The notes under the pieces: generated by a model
What the model was told of the DNA's origin: nothing
The model's database searches: none
What the model saw: only the letters and a program-made list of their open reading frames with translations
Shown here: piece after piece, positions 16,298-24,308 of the stretch
Layout of the letters: the number at the start of each line of letters is the position of its first letter
How positions within the stretch are numbered: the first letter of the stretch is position 1
Program-made: the position numbers and the translations under genes
DNA from: a virus
Taxonomy: Duplodnaviria; Caudoviricetes
Virus record (IMG/VR): IMGVR_UViG_3300021255_000122
Coordinates: 1-64,000 of that record
Strand: one strand, 5' to 3'
DNA length: 64,000 nucleotides

Positions 16298-16645
16298 TTA
16301 CACAAACTTAACTTGGCCGTTTACTTCGAGCGTAACAGCCTCCTGTTGCATTTCGTTTTTGATGCGCTCGGCAATTGCATAAACCTTTGCAAAGTTTTCT
16401 TGCAACTGTGCCGAACTGCAAAAAGAGTAAACAATTGTTACCTCCTCTAATACCGTTTCGCCGTTTGCACATACCCAGCCGCCAACGGCCTTCGATGCTG
16501 TTGCACCGCCAAACATCTGAGCCAGTTCTGTTATTGTGCGCTTGACTTGTGCACTGTTGTCAGTTTGTTCGTTTACATTTACTGTAGAGGGTACATAAAT
16601 GCTAACTTTGCAATCTAAATCAAATTTAAATTTTAAGGTCTTCAT
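16298..16645 (-). CDS. small protein with a probable PII-like/ferredoxin fold (DUF3574-like)
   Basis: FGGATA..AVGGW...GETVLEEV...QEAV pattern; has its own promoter and terminator. Confidence 0.6.
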   Translation of the reverse strand: MKTLKFKFDLDCKVSIYVPSTVNVNEQTDNSAQVKRTITELAQMFGGATASKAVGGWVCANGETVLEEVTIVYSFCSSAQLQENFAKVYAIAERIKNEMQQEAVTLEVNGQVKFV

Positions 16646-16694
16646 AATTTTTAATTTTAAGTATAAATAAATAAAATGTTAACTAATTCTTTTG

Positions 16695-16702
16695 CAAAGG
16701 TA
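16695..16702 (-). promoter_or_regulatory. Bacteroidota -7 promoter element TACCTTTG
   Basis: caaaggta on plus, 50 nt upstream of the 16645 start. Confidence 0.7.
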
Positions 16703-16806
16703 ATCATTTTATTTATATAATGTATTTGTATTTTTATGTTATAAAACATATTTCCGATATTTAACATTGTGTTCGCACACAATTAGTAAATGCAAACAAA
16801 TGTTAT

Positions 16807-16880
16807 GTGTACGCACACAATGCGTTAAATTTATACCAGATATATAACTTATCGTTTTTTAGATTTAAACGCAACACGCG
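16807..16880. repeat. dispersed palindrome, degenerate copy (inverted partner of 16140-16214)
   Basis: Minus strand begins cgcgtgttgcgttta and ends ttgtgtgcgtacac. Confidence 0.7.
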
Positions 16881-16930
16881 CAAATTATAGCGTTTTTCGT
16901 TTTTCTTGACACTTATTTAATACTTTTGCG

Positions 16931-17504
16931 TAACTACTTGATTTATAGCGTTTTACGTGTTGTTTTGCTAAAAGGTACGTTAATTGCTTGATTTACAAAG
17001 AGTTACGATTTTTCGCGCTTTAATAGTGCTTCATAAAGTATTGAAAATCAATTATTTAGCGCAAACACCTTTGTTATTTAGAATTTTCTAAATAAGGAAA
17101 ACACCTAATTTATTGCACAAATTTACTTTAAATGTGCAAAACGTGAAACAATTGTTTTTGTTACGTGAAACATTTATAAAACTTTGCTTTCAAAAATAGT
17201 TTTCCTTTTCTTTTATATTCTTTTCTTTTCCCTTACTTAATTATATTATGCTTTATTATATCGTATCTTTATATTTTATATTTATATTCTTTAGTATTGC
17301 TTTATATATAGCTTTATTATAATATATATTTATTATTATAATTATATTATATTATGTAATGCGCTTTTTTCGCGTTTTGCGCCCGTCGTTTGCATCCGCT
17401 TCGCACTTCATGCCGTGAAATATGGCATAACACCAGAAATAAACGTTTTTATTTTTGCAAGACGAACGTTTTCAAAACGTAACACGTTGAAAATCAAAAC
17501 GTTA
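16931..17504. promoter_or_regulatory. four IHF-consensus sites (WATCAANNNNTTR) at 16931-16943, 16981-16993, 17046-17058 and 17492-17504
   Basis: All four match the consensus exactly; two on each strand. Confidence 0.6.
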
Positions 17505-17830
17505 CGCAATTTTAGAAGGGGGAGGGGGTAAAACTCCCAACTTCTTTGTGTGGTGCATACCTTTTATTTTGAAAAAAAGAAAATTTCCGAAAAAAAGAAA
17601 AATTTTCAAAAACGAAAAACGAAAAATTTCAAAATTCTTGTATAATATAAATATTAATATTATTTTTGTCAAGTCTAAATATATTATATATATATTATGA
17701 TGTTTTGTTTTACGTGCGCGTGCGCATACGTGCGTATATATATACATATTAATTAATATCTTAATAATAAGGAAATCTTTATATATAAAGAAACCTTTAT
17801 AAATATTAAGAAATTCTAATATTTTGTTGT
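17260..17830. other. divergence point: AT-rich low-complexity tracts flanking a G-tract, A-tract repeats and an RY tract; candidate origin or packaging/terminus site
   Basis: gaagggggagggggtaaaactccc at 17515-17538; tandem gaaaaaaagaaaaattt; tacgtgcgcgtgcgcatacgtgcgtatatata; gene orientation flips here. Confidence 0.5.
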
Positions 17831-17835
17831 TTTTG

Positions 17836-17866
17836 TTTGAATATTAAAAATAATTATATACTTTTG
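17836..17866 (+). promoter_or_regulatory. Bacteroidota promoter (-33 TTTG, -7 TACTTTTG)
   Basis: 19-nt spacer; heads the rightward operon. Confidence 0.8.
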
Positions 17867-17909
17867 TGGTTGAATTTATATATATTTTTATTTTAAACTT
17901 TATATTTTT

Positions 17910-18155
17910 ATGAAAGCAAGATTATTACGAAAGTTACGGCGTAGATATTCGCGCAAGTATGCGATTCGCCGTTGGTCTGGTGGTTGGTGTGTTGTATGGG
18001 GTGCAAGCGACCTTGACCGTTTGCGTTATTCCACCCTTGACCGTGCAAAGATTCAATTTCGCGAAATGGTGCGTGACGACATTATGGCTTACGTTGTCAA
18101 GTTCCGCAACCGTCTTTTTTACTTGAACCGCAAAGTTACTTATTACCCTTGGTAG
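17910..18155 (+). CDS. small basic hypothetical protein
   Basis: First ORF after the promoter; Arg/Lys-rich. Confidence 0.7.
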   Translation: MKARLLRKLRRRYSRKYAIRRWSGGWCVVWGASDLDRLRYSTLDRAKIQFREMVRDDIMAYVVKFRNRLFYLNRKVTYYPW

Positions 18156-18162
18156 ATTTGTT

Positions 18163-18474
18163 ATGGAAAAGGCAAAGATTAAGAACGAACGCCGTTGGGG
18201 TGGTATTCTTGGTGTTATCGGTGAAGATTTGGTACGTCCTCTATCCGTTATCGAGGGTGTATTGCAAGAAGTATTGCAAGAAATGAAGAAATACGACGAA
18301 CGTTTAGAATCGCGTGGTATCAATCCCGACGAGGATGCCGTTCATCGTAGGTATTTAAAGATTTCGTGTGACCTTGGTGCGATACATTCCGTTCTAAGTG
18401 GCGGCAATGTGATGTTGAGTGGTGTTATATGTGATTTACTTGAAGAATACGTAACGAATAGAAATTGCAATTAG
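18163..18474 (+). CDS. hypothetical protein
   Basis: ORF in packed operon. Confidence 0.7.
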   Translation: MEKAKIKNERRWGGILGVIGEDLVRPLSVIEGVLQEVLQEMKKYDERLESRGINPDEDAVHRRYLKISCDLGAIHSVLSGGNVMLSGVICDLLEEYVTNRNCN

Positions 18475-18477
18475 TTT

Positions 18478-19062
18478 ATGAACAAGAAAACGAATGAATT
18501 TATAGAGCGTGCGCATGAAATGGCGTGCAATCACGGCTTCCACGACAAAGAGTTAAGTATTGAGCATTGTTTAATGTTGGTGATAACCGAGATTTCCGAA
18601 ATGGTTGAAGCAGACCGCAAGGGAAAGTATGCGCAAGTGGCGATGTATGAAAGCCAAAAGAATACGCCACAATCAGAAAACTTGAAAGAGGCGCATAGGA
18701 AGTTTTGCTTCGAGACTTTCATCAAAGACTCCTTTGAGGACGAAATGGCCGATACGTGCATTAGGTTATATGATACGGCAGGTGCTTTCGGTGTGAAATT
18801 TGAAAAATGGCAACTTGACGCGGACATGGGCGATATGTATTACGACAACATAGCACCAAAGACGTTACCCGAAAAGGCGTTTTTGCTCTGTGGTGTTCTA
18901 ATGCGTGCCATTGAGGGTGAAGAACTTGACGGGATTATTGGTGGCGCGTTAAGTTTTCTTGAACTTTTGGCCGAGGAAATGGATGTTGACTTGTTTTGGT
19001 ACATCGAAAAAAAGATGGATTACAACGAAACACGCAAGAAATTGCACGGCAAAAAGTACTAA
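18478..19062 (+). CDS. MazG-like nucleoside triphosphate pyrophosphohydrolase
   Basis: LMLVITEISEMVEADRK, EDEMADTCIRLYD and C-terminal KMDYNETR..LHGKKY. Confidence 0.82.
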   Translation: MNKKTNEFIERAHEMACNHGFHDKELSIEHCLMLVITEISEMVEADRKGKYAQVAMYESQKNTPQSENLKEAHRKFCFETFIKDSFEDEMADTCIRLYDTAGAFGVKFEKWQLDADMGDMYYDNIAPKTLPEKAFLLCGVLMRAIEGEELDGIIGGALSFLELLAEEMDVDLFWYIEKKMDYNETRKKLHGKKY

Positions 19063-19072
19063 AGCCCAAAAT

Positions 19073-19149
19073 CGTGCGTTCTAAGCGTAGATTTTTGTCT
19101 TTGTGGGCAACTTATCCACCCAATAGGTAAAAACGCGTCAAAACGCACG
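19073..19149. repeat. dispersed palindrome, copy 5
   Basis: cgtgcgttctaagcgt / acgcgtcaaaacgcacg arms; core tgtgggcaacttatccaccc. Confidence 0.85.
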
Positions 19150-19189
19150 AAAACGGGCAAATTTGGCATTTATTTTAAATTTACACATT

Positions 19190-19501
19190 ATGAACAACAA
19201 GAATTACGAGTCCATTCCCGAATGGAAAAAGGATTTAACGAGAAAAATCGGTCTGTTTGGTCTTGGTGACTTGCGCAAACTTGCCCCGATAGGAAACTTA
19301 GGGTATGCGAACGGGTGGTACTGGAACTTTGAAGGCGAAAGTGGGTGGTTTTACGGAGAAATGGAGAAAGCCATTATGGAGGCTTTTCGCGAACAAGGGT
19401 TCAAGTTCGACAAAGGTTACGATAGTGGCTATAGACGTACCGACCACCATTACATTTGTACCGAACTAAACATGCGTTATTCAGTAGATAGTGGGGATTA
19501 A
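19190..19501 (+). CDS. hypothetical protein (start MNNKNY)
   Basis: ORF with AT-rich leader. Confidence 0.65.
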   Translation: MNNKNYESIPEWKKDLTRKIGLFGLGDLRKLAPIGNLGYANGWYWNFEGESGWFYGEMEKAIMEAFREQGFKFDKGYDSGYRRTDHHYICTELNMRYSVDSGD

Positions 19502-19529
19502 TATACAAACTTAATATTTTATATTATAT

Positions 19530-19727
19530 ATGGAAAAGTACAAGAACGACAACAAGATTGTTATAAGTTACCAAAAGCGGTTGACTACGGTTGACGTGCG
19601 TGAAATTGTGGCCATGAACCATCCGAATGAGGGTGACAAGTTCTTTCGCGTCTATTTTGAAAATGCCGTTTGGCAGGTTTCTTCCGACCAACATGATAGG
19701 TTATACAAAGCATGGATGGCGCAATGA
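19530..19727 (+). CDS. hypothetical protein
   Basis: ORF with AT-rich leader. Confidence 0.6.
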   Translation: MEKYKNDNKIVISYQKRLTTVDVREIVAMNHPNEGDKFFRVYFENAVWQVSSDQHDRLYKAWMAQ

Positions 19728-19879
19728 TAAGGAAATGTGGGCATAGTGCGTTTGGTGGTCATTTATACCGTTCGTACTTGATATTTGGCCTTATATGGCT
19801 ACATATTGGGATAGGCAAGGATTTCCCACGCATATCGTTTAAAAAGTTACCGTTTTAATTCAACAAAAAAAAGAAAATT

Positions 19880-20269
19880 ATGGAAAATTCAATTATCGTA
19901 CAAATAGAGAAAATCTTAGACAAGCAAACATTCACTTCAAGTAAGACGGGAAACGTCTATGAAAAATTTTTCTTCGTAGGCAAGACGCAAGCGCAATATC
20001 CAAAGACAATCGCCTTTTCGGTGATGGGTGCGGAAAAGTTTGAGAAACTTGGTATTGTGGTAGGCAAAACGTACAATATTTCGTTTGATGTGGAAAGCCG
20101 CGAATGGAATGGAAAGTATTTTACCGATATAACCGCATGGAAGGCCGTGTGCGTCGATGGTGGCAATGCGCCACAACAAGCATCATCCAATGTTCAAAAT
20201 CCGCAACCGCAACCACAAGCCGCGCCGCAAACTACAACGAATGCCAATGATGATGGTCTGCCATTCTGA
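19880..20269 (+). CDS. DUF3127-like OB-fold, putative single-stranded DNA-binding protein
   Basis: QYPKTIAFSVMG, FDVESREWNGKYFTDITAWK, Q/P-rich linker, acidic DDDGLPF tail. Confidence 0.85.
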   Translation: MENSIIVQIEKILDKQTFTSSKTGNVYEKFFFVGKTQAQYPKTIAFSVMGAEKFEKLGIVVGKTYNISFDVESREWNGKYFTDITAWKAVCVDGGNAPQQASSNVQNPQPQPQAAPQTTTNANDDGLPF

Positions 20270-20272
20270 TGC

Positions 20273-20638
20273 GTGTTTCGTTCACGAGAGCAAATGATTA
20301 TGAACGCACAAAATAATGAAACCCTACAAGCCATGTGCCGTGACTACTTAACGCGGTTGCGGTACATGGGTAGGAAACACGGTATAGATGTTGATGCGAT
20401 TATACGTGCCAACAAGCGCAGGGAATGTGTCGCAACAAACAAGGAGGTTGAAATGCTTTCACGTTGTGTTGACGACGAGAGAATATCACGCACGGAAATA
20501 CCAACAATGCTTGGCAAGTCATATAGAAGATGTTGCGAAGATGAAGATTTTGAAAAAATCAAAAAATTAAAACGAGTTGGTATATACTCTAAGATTTCTA
20601 CTATTTTATACAAAACAAAACGAACAAAAAGGAAGTAA
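20273..20638 (+). CDS. hypothetical basic protein (start uncertain)
   Basis: ORF in packed operon. Confidence 0.65.
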   Translation: MFRSREQMIMNAQNNETLQAMCRDYLTRLRYMGRKHGIDVDAIIRANKRRECVATNKEVEMLSRCVDDERISRTEIPTMLGKSYRRCCEDEDFEKIKKLKRVGIYSKISTILYKTKRTKRK

Positions 20639-20639
20639 A

Positions 20640-21734
20640 ATGCCAGAAAAATATTCAAATCCTTTATTGCACACAAGTCAGTTTACAATGTGTGGAAACT
20701 GCTTTAGAATGGATTCTTACAAAGGTTGTTGGTTTGGCTGCGAGTATTGTTTCGCAAATGCAAGAGCAGGTGGTGGAAGCGATAATAATTTTAATAGAGA
20801 CTTTGCTATTACCGACCCCGAACTTGTTAGAAAATGGTTTTACGAAGCGATAGAACTTGGCGAGACAAATAATATTAAAAAAGAGATGCTTAATCATCGC
20901 GTACCTATTCACCTTGGTGGAATGTCAGACCCTTTTCAAGAGTTGGAAAAAAGGTATAGGGTAACATATAGATTGCTTGAAATATCAAAAAAATACAAAT
21001 ACCCAATAAATATTAGTACCAAAACATCTTCATTGGAAGAAATGTATTTTGAGTTGTTAGACCCTAAGATACACACGTTTTCAATATCGTTGATTGGTGT
21101 AAGCGATGATTATATCCGCACATGGGAAACACGTACACCTTTGGCGTGGGAACGTATTAACTTTATTAAAGAGTTAAAAAAAAGAGGCTTTTGGGTTTCT
21201 ATAAGAATACAACCAATTATTGATATAAAAGAGGTGCTCGAACTTGTTAAAGAAACAGACGATTTGGTTGATTACTACACAATAGAACATTTGAAGATAC
21301 CTACAGACAACAAGCAAATATCAAACTCTTTATTCAAGAAGTTAGGTGAAATGAATTTAAACATTAACCTAATACCTAAAGGTAGAGAGTATGAGTTTGA
21401 AGGAAAAGTAAAACTTGAAAATATAAGAAAAATACAAGAACTTGCAAAAACGCCTGTTGGTTGTGGTGATAACGATTTCCATATACTATCCGAAAGTCTA
21501 AATTGTTGCGGTATAGATTTGATGCCTAAATCATTTTCAAATTGGATGAAATACAACACTATGTATATCAAAATGACTGGCGACAAATCACAATGGTCTC
21601 CACAAAACAATTGTAATGCTTGTTTTGTTTCACATTGTGTAAAAAAGGGTTTTACAACAGTAAAGCAATATACGGATAGGGCATACATAGAACAATATGG
21701 AAACCCAAGCCAGCTTGCTTTTGATTTTGGTTAA
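20640..21734 (+). CDS. radical SAM protein, spore photoproduct lyase/COG1533-like
   Basis: CWFGCEYC (CxxxCxxC), GGMSDPFQELE, ISTK, SIRIQPII; start at ATG 20640. Confidence 0.85.
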   Translation: MPEKYSNPLLHTSQFTMCGNCFRMDSYKGCWFGCEYCFANARAGGGSDNNFNRDFAITDPELVRKWFYEAIELGETNNIKKEMLNHRVPIHLGGMSDPFQELEKRYRVTYRLLEISKKYKYPINISTKTSSLEEMYFELLDPKIHTFSISLIGVSDDYIRTWETRTPLAWERINFIKELKKRGFWVSIRIQPIIDIKEVLELVKETDDLVDYYTIEHLKIPTDNKQISNSLFKKLGEMNLNINLIPKGREYEFEGKVKLENIRKIQELAKTPVGCGDNDFHILSESLNCCGIDLMPKSFSNWMKYNTMYIKMTGDKSQWSPQNNCNACFVSHCVKKGFTTVKQYTDRAYIEQYGNPSQLAFDFG

Positions 21735-21748
21735 TTGTGGTTAAAGAT

Positions 21749-21779
21749 TTTGATATATGAAAACATAGTTGTATCTTTG
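21749..21779 (+). promoter_or_regulatory. Bacteroidota promoter (-33 TTTG, -7 TATCTTTG)
   Basis: 19-nt spacer. Confidence 0.85.
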
Positions 21780-21784
21780 CACCA

Positions 21785-22025
21785 ACCTATCAACCATGCG
21801 TTGAAAAGGTAACGGTGGCGTAGTTCCCGAAAGGGTGGTATCTTTTTAGGTATTATTGGTTAATTGCGCCACTTGCTAAGAAAGAATCGTTGATGCGTTG
21901 TCGGTCACAAAGGCGCATTAAGCGAAAAGATATAAGTAATTACTATTTTTGCCTACGGGCGGCATGAAAGTGTAGTGACCGACACAAGTAATGTCGCTCG
22001 TTGGTTTTTTAAAAGGTCACAAATT
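21785..22025 (+). promoter_or_regulatory. structured ~240-nt 5' leader of the HNH-initiator operon
   Basis: 11-bp and 10-bp long-range stems; GAAA and UACG tetraloop hairpins. Confidence 0.55.
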
Positions 22026-22574
22026 ATGAAGAAAGAGTATTTATCGGCACTTGCCAGCCCACAATGGCAAAAGAAACGTCTTGAAATCATGCAAAGAGAC
22101 AACTTTACTTGCCAATTTTGCGGATGTAAGGATAGAACGTTGCACATTCATCACAAAGTGTACGAAAAAGGAAAGAAACCTTGGGAATACGAAGACAAGG
22201 ATTTGATTACTTTGTGCGATAGGTGTCACGAATACATAACCGATGAAAAAAACAATCTTTACGAAAATTTTACCAATGCAAGAGATTGTTTTAGAAAGTT
22301 TGGTTTTAGTGATTCGATTTTTAATGCAATTTTGTGCGGCTTTTGTTCTTTTTTTGAAAGCATAAAAGAACAAGAAAAACTTTGGAATTTTGATATAACA
22401 AAGCAAGACATCCATAATGCTGTTATGAGCACCCAAAATTATGACGATGTTAAAACCCTTGTTAAATTGGGGATTAAAGAAAAGGAATTGGTGAATTTCA
22501 ATTATCCTATTTTTCTTGAAGACTATGATAATGCTAAAATAGATGAAAACGTATCTTTACTTCTTAATGATTGA
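22026..22574 (+). CDS. HNH endonuclease-domain protein
   Basis: RDNFTCQFCG...LHIHH...LITLCDRCH; start MKKEYL. Confidence 0.85.
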   Translation: MKKEYLSALASPQWQKKRLEIMQRDNFTCQFCGCKDRTLHIHHKVYEKGKKPWEYEDKDLITLCDRCHEYITDEKNNLYENFTNARDCFRKFGFSDSIFNAILCGFCSFFESIKEQEKLWNFDITKQDIHNAVMSTQNYDDVKTLVKLGIKEKELVNFNYPIFLEDYDNAKIDENVSLLLND

Positions 22575-22582
22575 TTGCTAAC

Positions 22583-23428
22583 ATGGAAAGAAACGATTAT
22601 ATCACCATCCAAGCCTACATGGTAACGGAACTTGGATTGAGCGGAAACAATTTGATTATCTATGCCCTTATACATGGTTTTTGTAAAGATGGAATACATG
22701 AATTTAAGGGTAGTATAAATTATATTTGTGAATGGACTAACCTAACACGAAACACCGTGATAGCCATTCTAAAGCAATTAGTTGAAAGTGAATTACTCGT
22801 AAAGAGAATATACAAGGAAAATAATGTTGCTTTTTGCGCTTATTCATTGGGTAGTGCAAAAATTGCACCACCAGTGCAAAATGTGGATGATGGTAGTGCA
22901 AAAATTTCACCCAATAATAATATAGATAATACTAAATTGAAAAAAGATAAAGAAGAATCTTTATCTAAAAGTGCAAGCGATGTGGAACTTTTTGAGAAAT
23001 GTTGGATTGCATATAGGAGAAAAGGGAAAAAAGGCAAATCCTTACCGTATTGGAAAAAACTAACTGAAAGTGAGAAGCAAATGGTACTTCCACATATCAA
23101 GGCTTATGTAACAAGTCGTGAATTACAATTCCAACAGGATTTTGAACGATACCTACGCGATAAAACATTTACCACAATCGTATTTTTAAAAAACAAGGTT
23201 ATATACGACCCGACAAAAAATAATGGCGCAACATACATGCCAATATGCGACGGTGCTTTATCATGGAGCGATTATCTTAATTGCTATGTTTACGTTGGAA
23301 TGTACTATGGCCATGTTTCGGATGGATATACCGATGAAAACCGTCCTAACGGCGCAAAGGTGTTTCTTGGTAATGGTGGCGGTTATATTGTATGGAATAG
23401 CGAAACAAAAACTTGGAATAAGATATGA
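22583..23428 (+). CDS. phage replication initiator (N-terminal wHTH, DnaD/replisome-organiser-like helical domain)
   Basis: LSGNNLIIYALIHGF..INYICEWTNLTRNTVIAILKQL; FEKCWIAYRRK..YWKKL; internal DNA repeats. Confidence 0.75.
   Translation: MERNDYITIQAYMVTELGLSGNNLIIYALIHGFCKDGIHEFKGSINYICEWTNLTRNTVIAILKQLVESELLVKRIYKENNVAFCAYSLGSAKIAPPVQNVDDGSAKISPNNNIDNTKLKKDKEESLSKSASDVELFEKCWIAYRRKGKKGKSLPYWKKLTESEKQMVLPHIKAYVTSRELQFQQDFERYLRDKTFTTIVFLKNKVIYDPTKNNGATYMPICDGALSWSDYLNCYVYVGMYYGHVSDGYTDENRPNGAKVFLGNGGGYIVWNSETKTWNKI
22850..22911 (+). repeat. iteron-like direct repeats inside the initiator gene (candidate origin)
   Basis: ggtagtgcaaaaattgcacc (22850), agtgcaaaa (22873), ggtagtgcaaaaatttcacc (22892), then an AT-rich tract. 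Confidence 0.7.
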
Positions 23429-23646
23429 AAGCAGAAGAATATATAAAATCAAAGTCAACTATCTTGTATAGTGGTGGTATGAACGAAGAAAAAGTAGTTA
23501 GCCAAAAAGACGCTTTACTTGCACTTGATGCCGCAAGAAATGAAATGCTTAATAAAGTGTATCATTGGCTTCGTAAGGAGCTTTATATATCGCCACAAGC
23601 ACTTGAAGAAATGTATAATGCCAATCGTGTATATCAACCTTTTTAA
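23425..23646 (+). CDS. hypothetical protein
   Basis: ATGA overlap with the initiator stop. Confidence 0.65.
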   Translation: MKAEEYIKSKSTILYSGGMNEEKVVSQKDALLALDAARNEMLNKVYHWLRKELYISPQALEEMYNANRVYQPF

Positions 23647-23713
23647 CGATAATGCTAAGTAATGGTCGTGGTACGTTGGTATGGTCAACAATCACTAAGA
23701 CATGGAATAAGGT

Positions 23714-23893
23714 ATGATTAAGGACAAAGCGTTTTACTACTCGCAAAAACGAGGAGTTGGAAAGAAAGCATACGAAAACTACATGCAAGGTGTAAAGGAC
23801 GTTATCATAGAACTAAACAACGCTTTCCAAATCGGAGGTATTGGTACTATGGTTGAATGTTACAACAGCATCTTAGAGGAATTAAAACATTAA
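23714..23893 (+). CDS. hypothetical protein, 59 aa (MIKDKAFYYSQK...)
   Basis: Read by hand. Confidence 0.55.
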   Translation: MIKDKAFYYSQKRGVGKKAYENYMQGVKDVIIELNNAFQIGGIGTMVECYNSILEELKH

Positions 23894-23896
23894 GAT

Positions 23897-24163
23897 ATGA
23901 ACTACGTTATAGAAAAGCATATCACGAAAAAGTACGAGGTAACGGATATTGCGCGTTTCTTGAAGTACGCTACTTTTGTAGGTGGCCGAAAGGGGATGCG
24001 CAATACCCCAAGGACGTGCTTTCGTTGTGGCCATAAGTTCACTGATGACGAATATACATACCTTGGTGTGGTTAAGGGTGACAAGAACCGTATTTTTTGC
24101 AAGTCGTGTGCGGAACATATTGCATCTATTATTGGCAAAGAAAATATTAGTTCATTAACATAG
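23897..24163 (+). CDS. Zn-finger protein (CFRC...CKSC)
   Basis: Two CxxC pairs. Confidence 0.65.
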   Translation: MNYVIEKHITKKYEVTDIARFLKYATFVGGRKGMRNTPRTCFRCGHKFTDDEYTYLGVVKGDKNRIFCKSCAEHIASIIGKENISSLT

Positions 24164-24176
24164 TATAACATAAAAT

Positions 24177-24209
24177 TTTGCTATATATGAAATTTTATTA
24201 GTACACTTG
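24177..24209 (+). promoter_or_regulatory. Bacteroidota promoter (-33 TTTG, -7 TACACTTG variant)
   Basis: 21-nt spacer; same position relative to the RNA motif as the promoter at 31004-31035. Confidence 0.65.
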
Positions 24210-24210
24210 C

Positions 24211-24289
24211 AAAGTGGATAGGGCGGTTTGGCCACCGCTTGATAAGGGGTAATCCTATCGCCCCTTCCACTTTTTCAAATGATAGGATT
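24211..24289 (+). ncRNA. three-way-junction/pseudoknot RNA motif, copy 1 (5' of NUMOD4-HNH gene)
   Basis: Four helices, all with compensatory changes relative to copy 2. Confidence 0.75.
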
Positions 24290-24308
24290 GATTAAAGAAT
24301 AGGAAATT

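Noticed and set aside
24211-24289. Hammerhead, HDV/theta, twister-sister, pistol or hatchet ribozyme
   Set aside because: The conserved catalytic cores (e.g. CUGAUGA/GAAA) are absent; self-cleavage remains untested.
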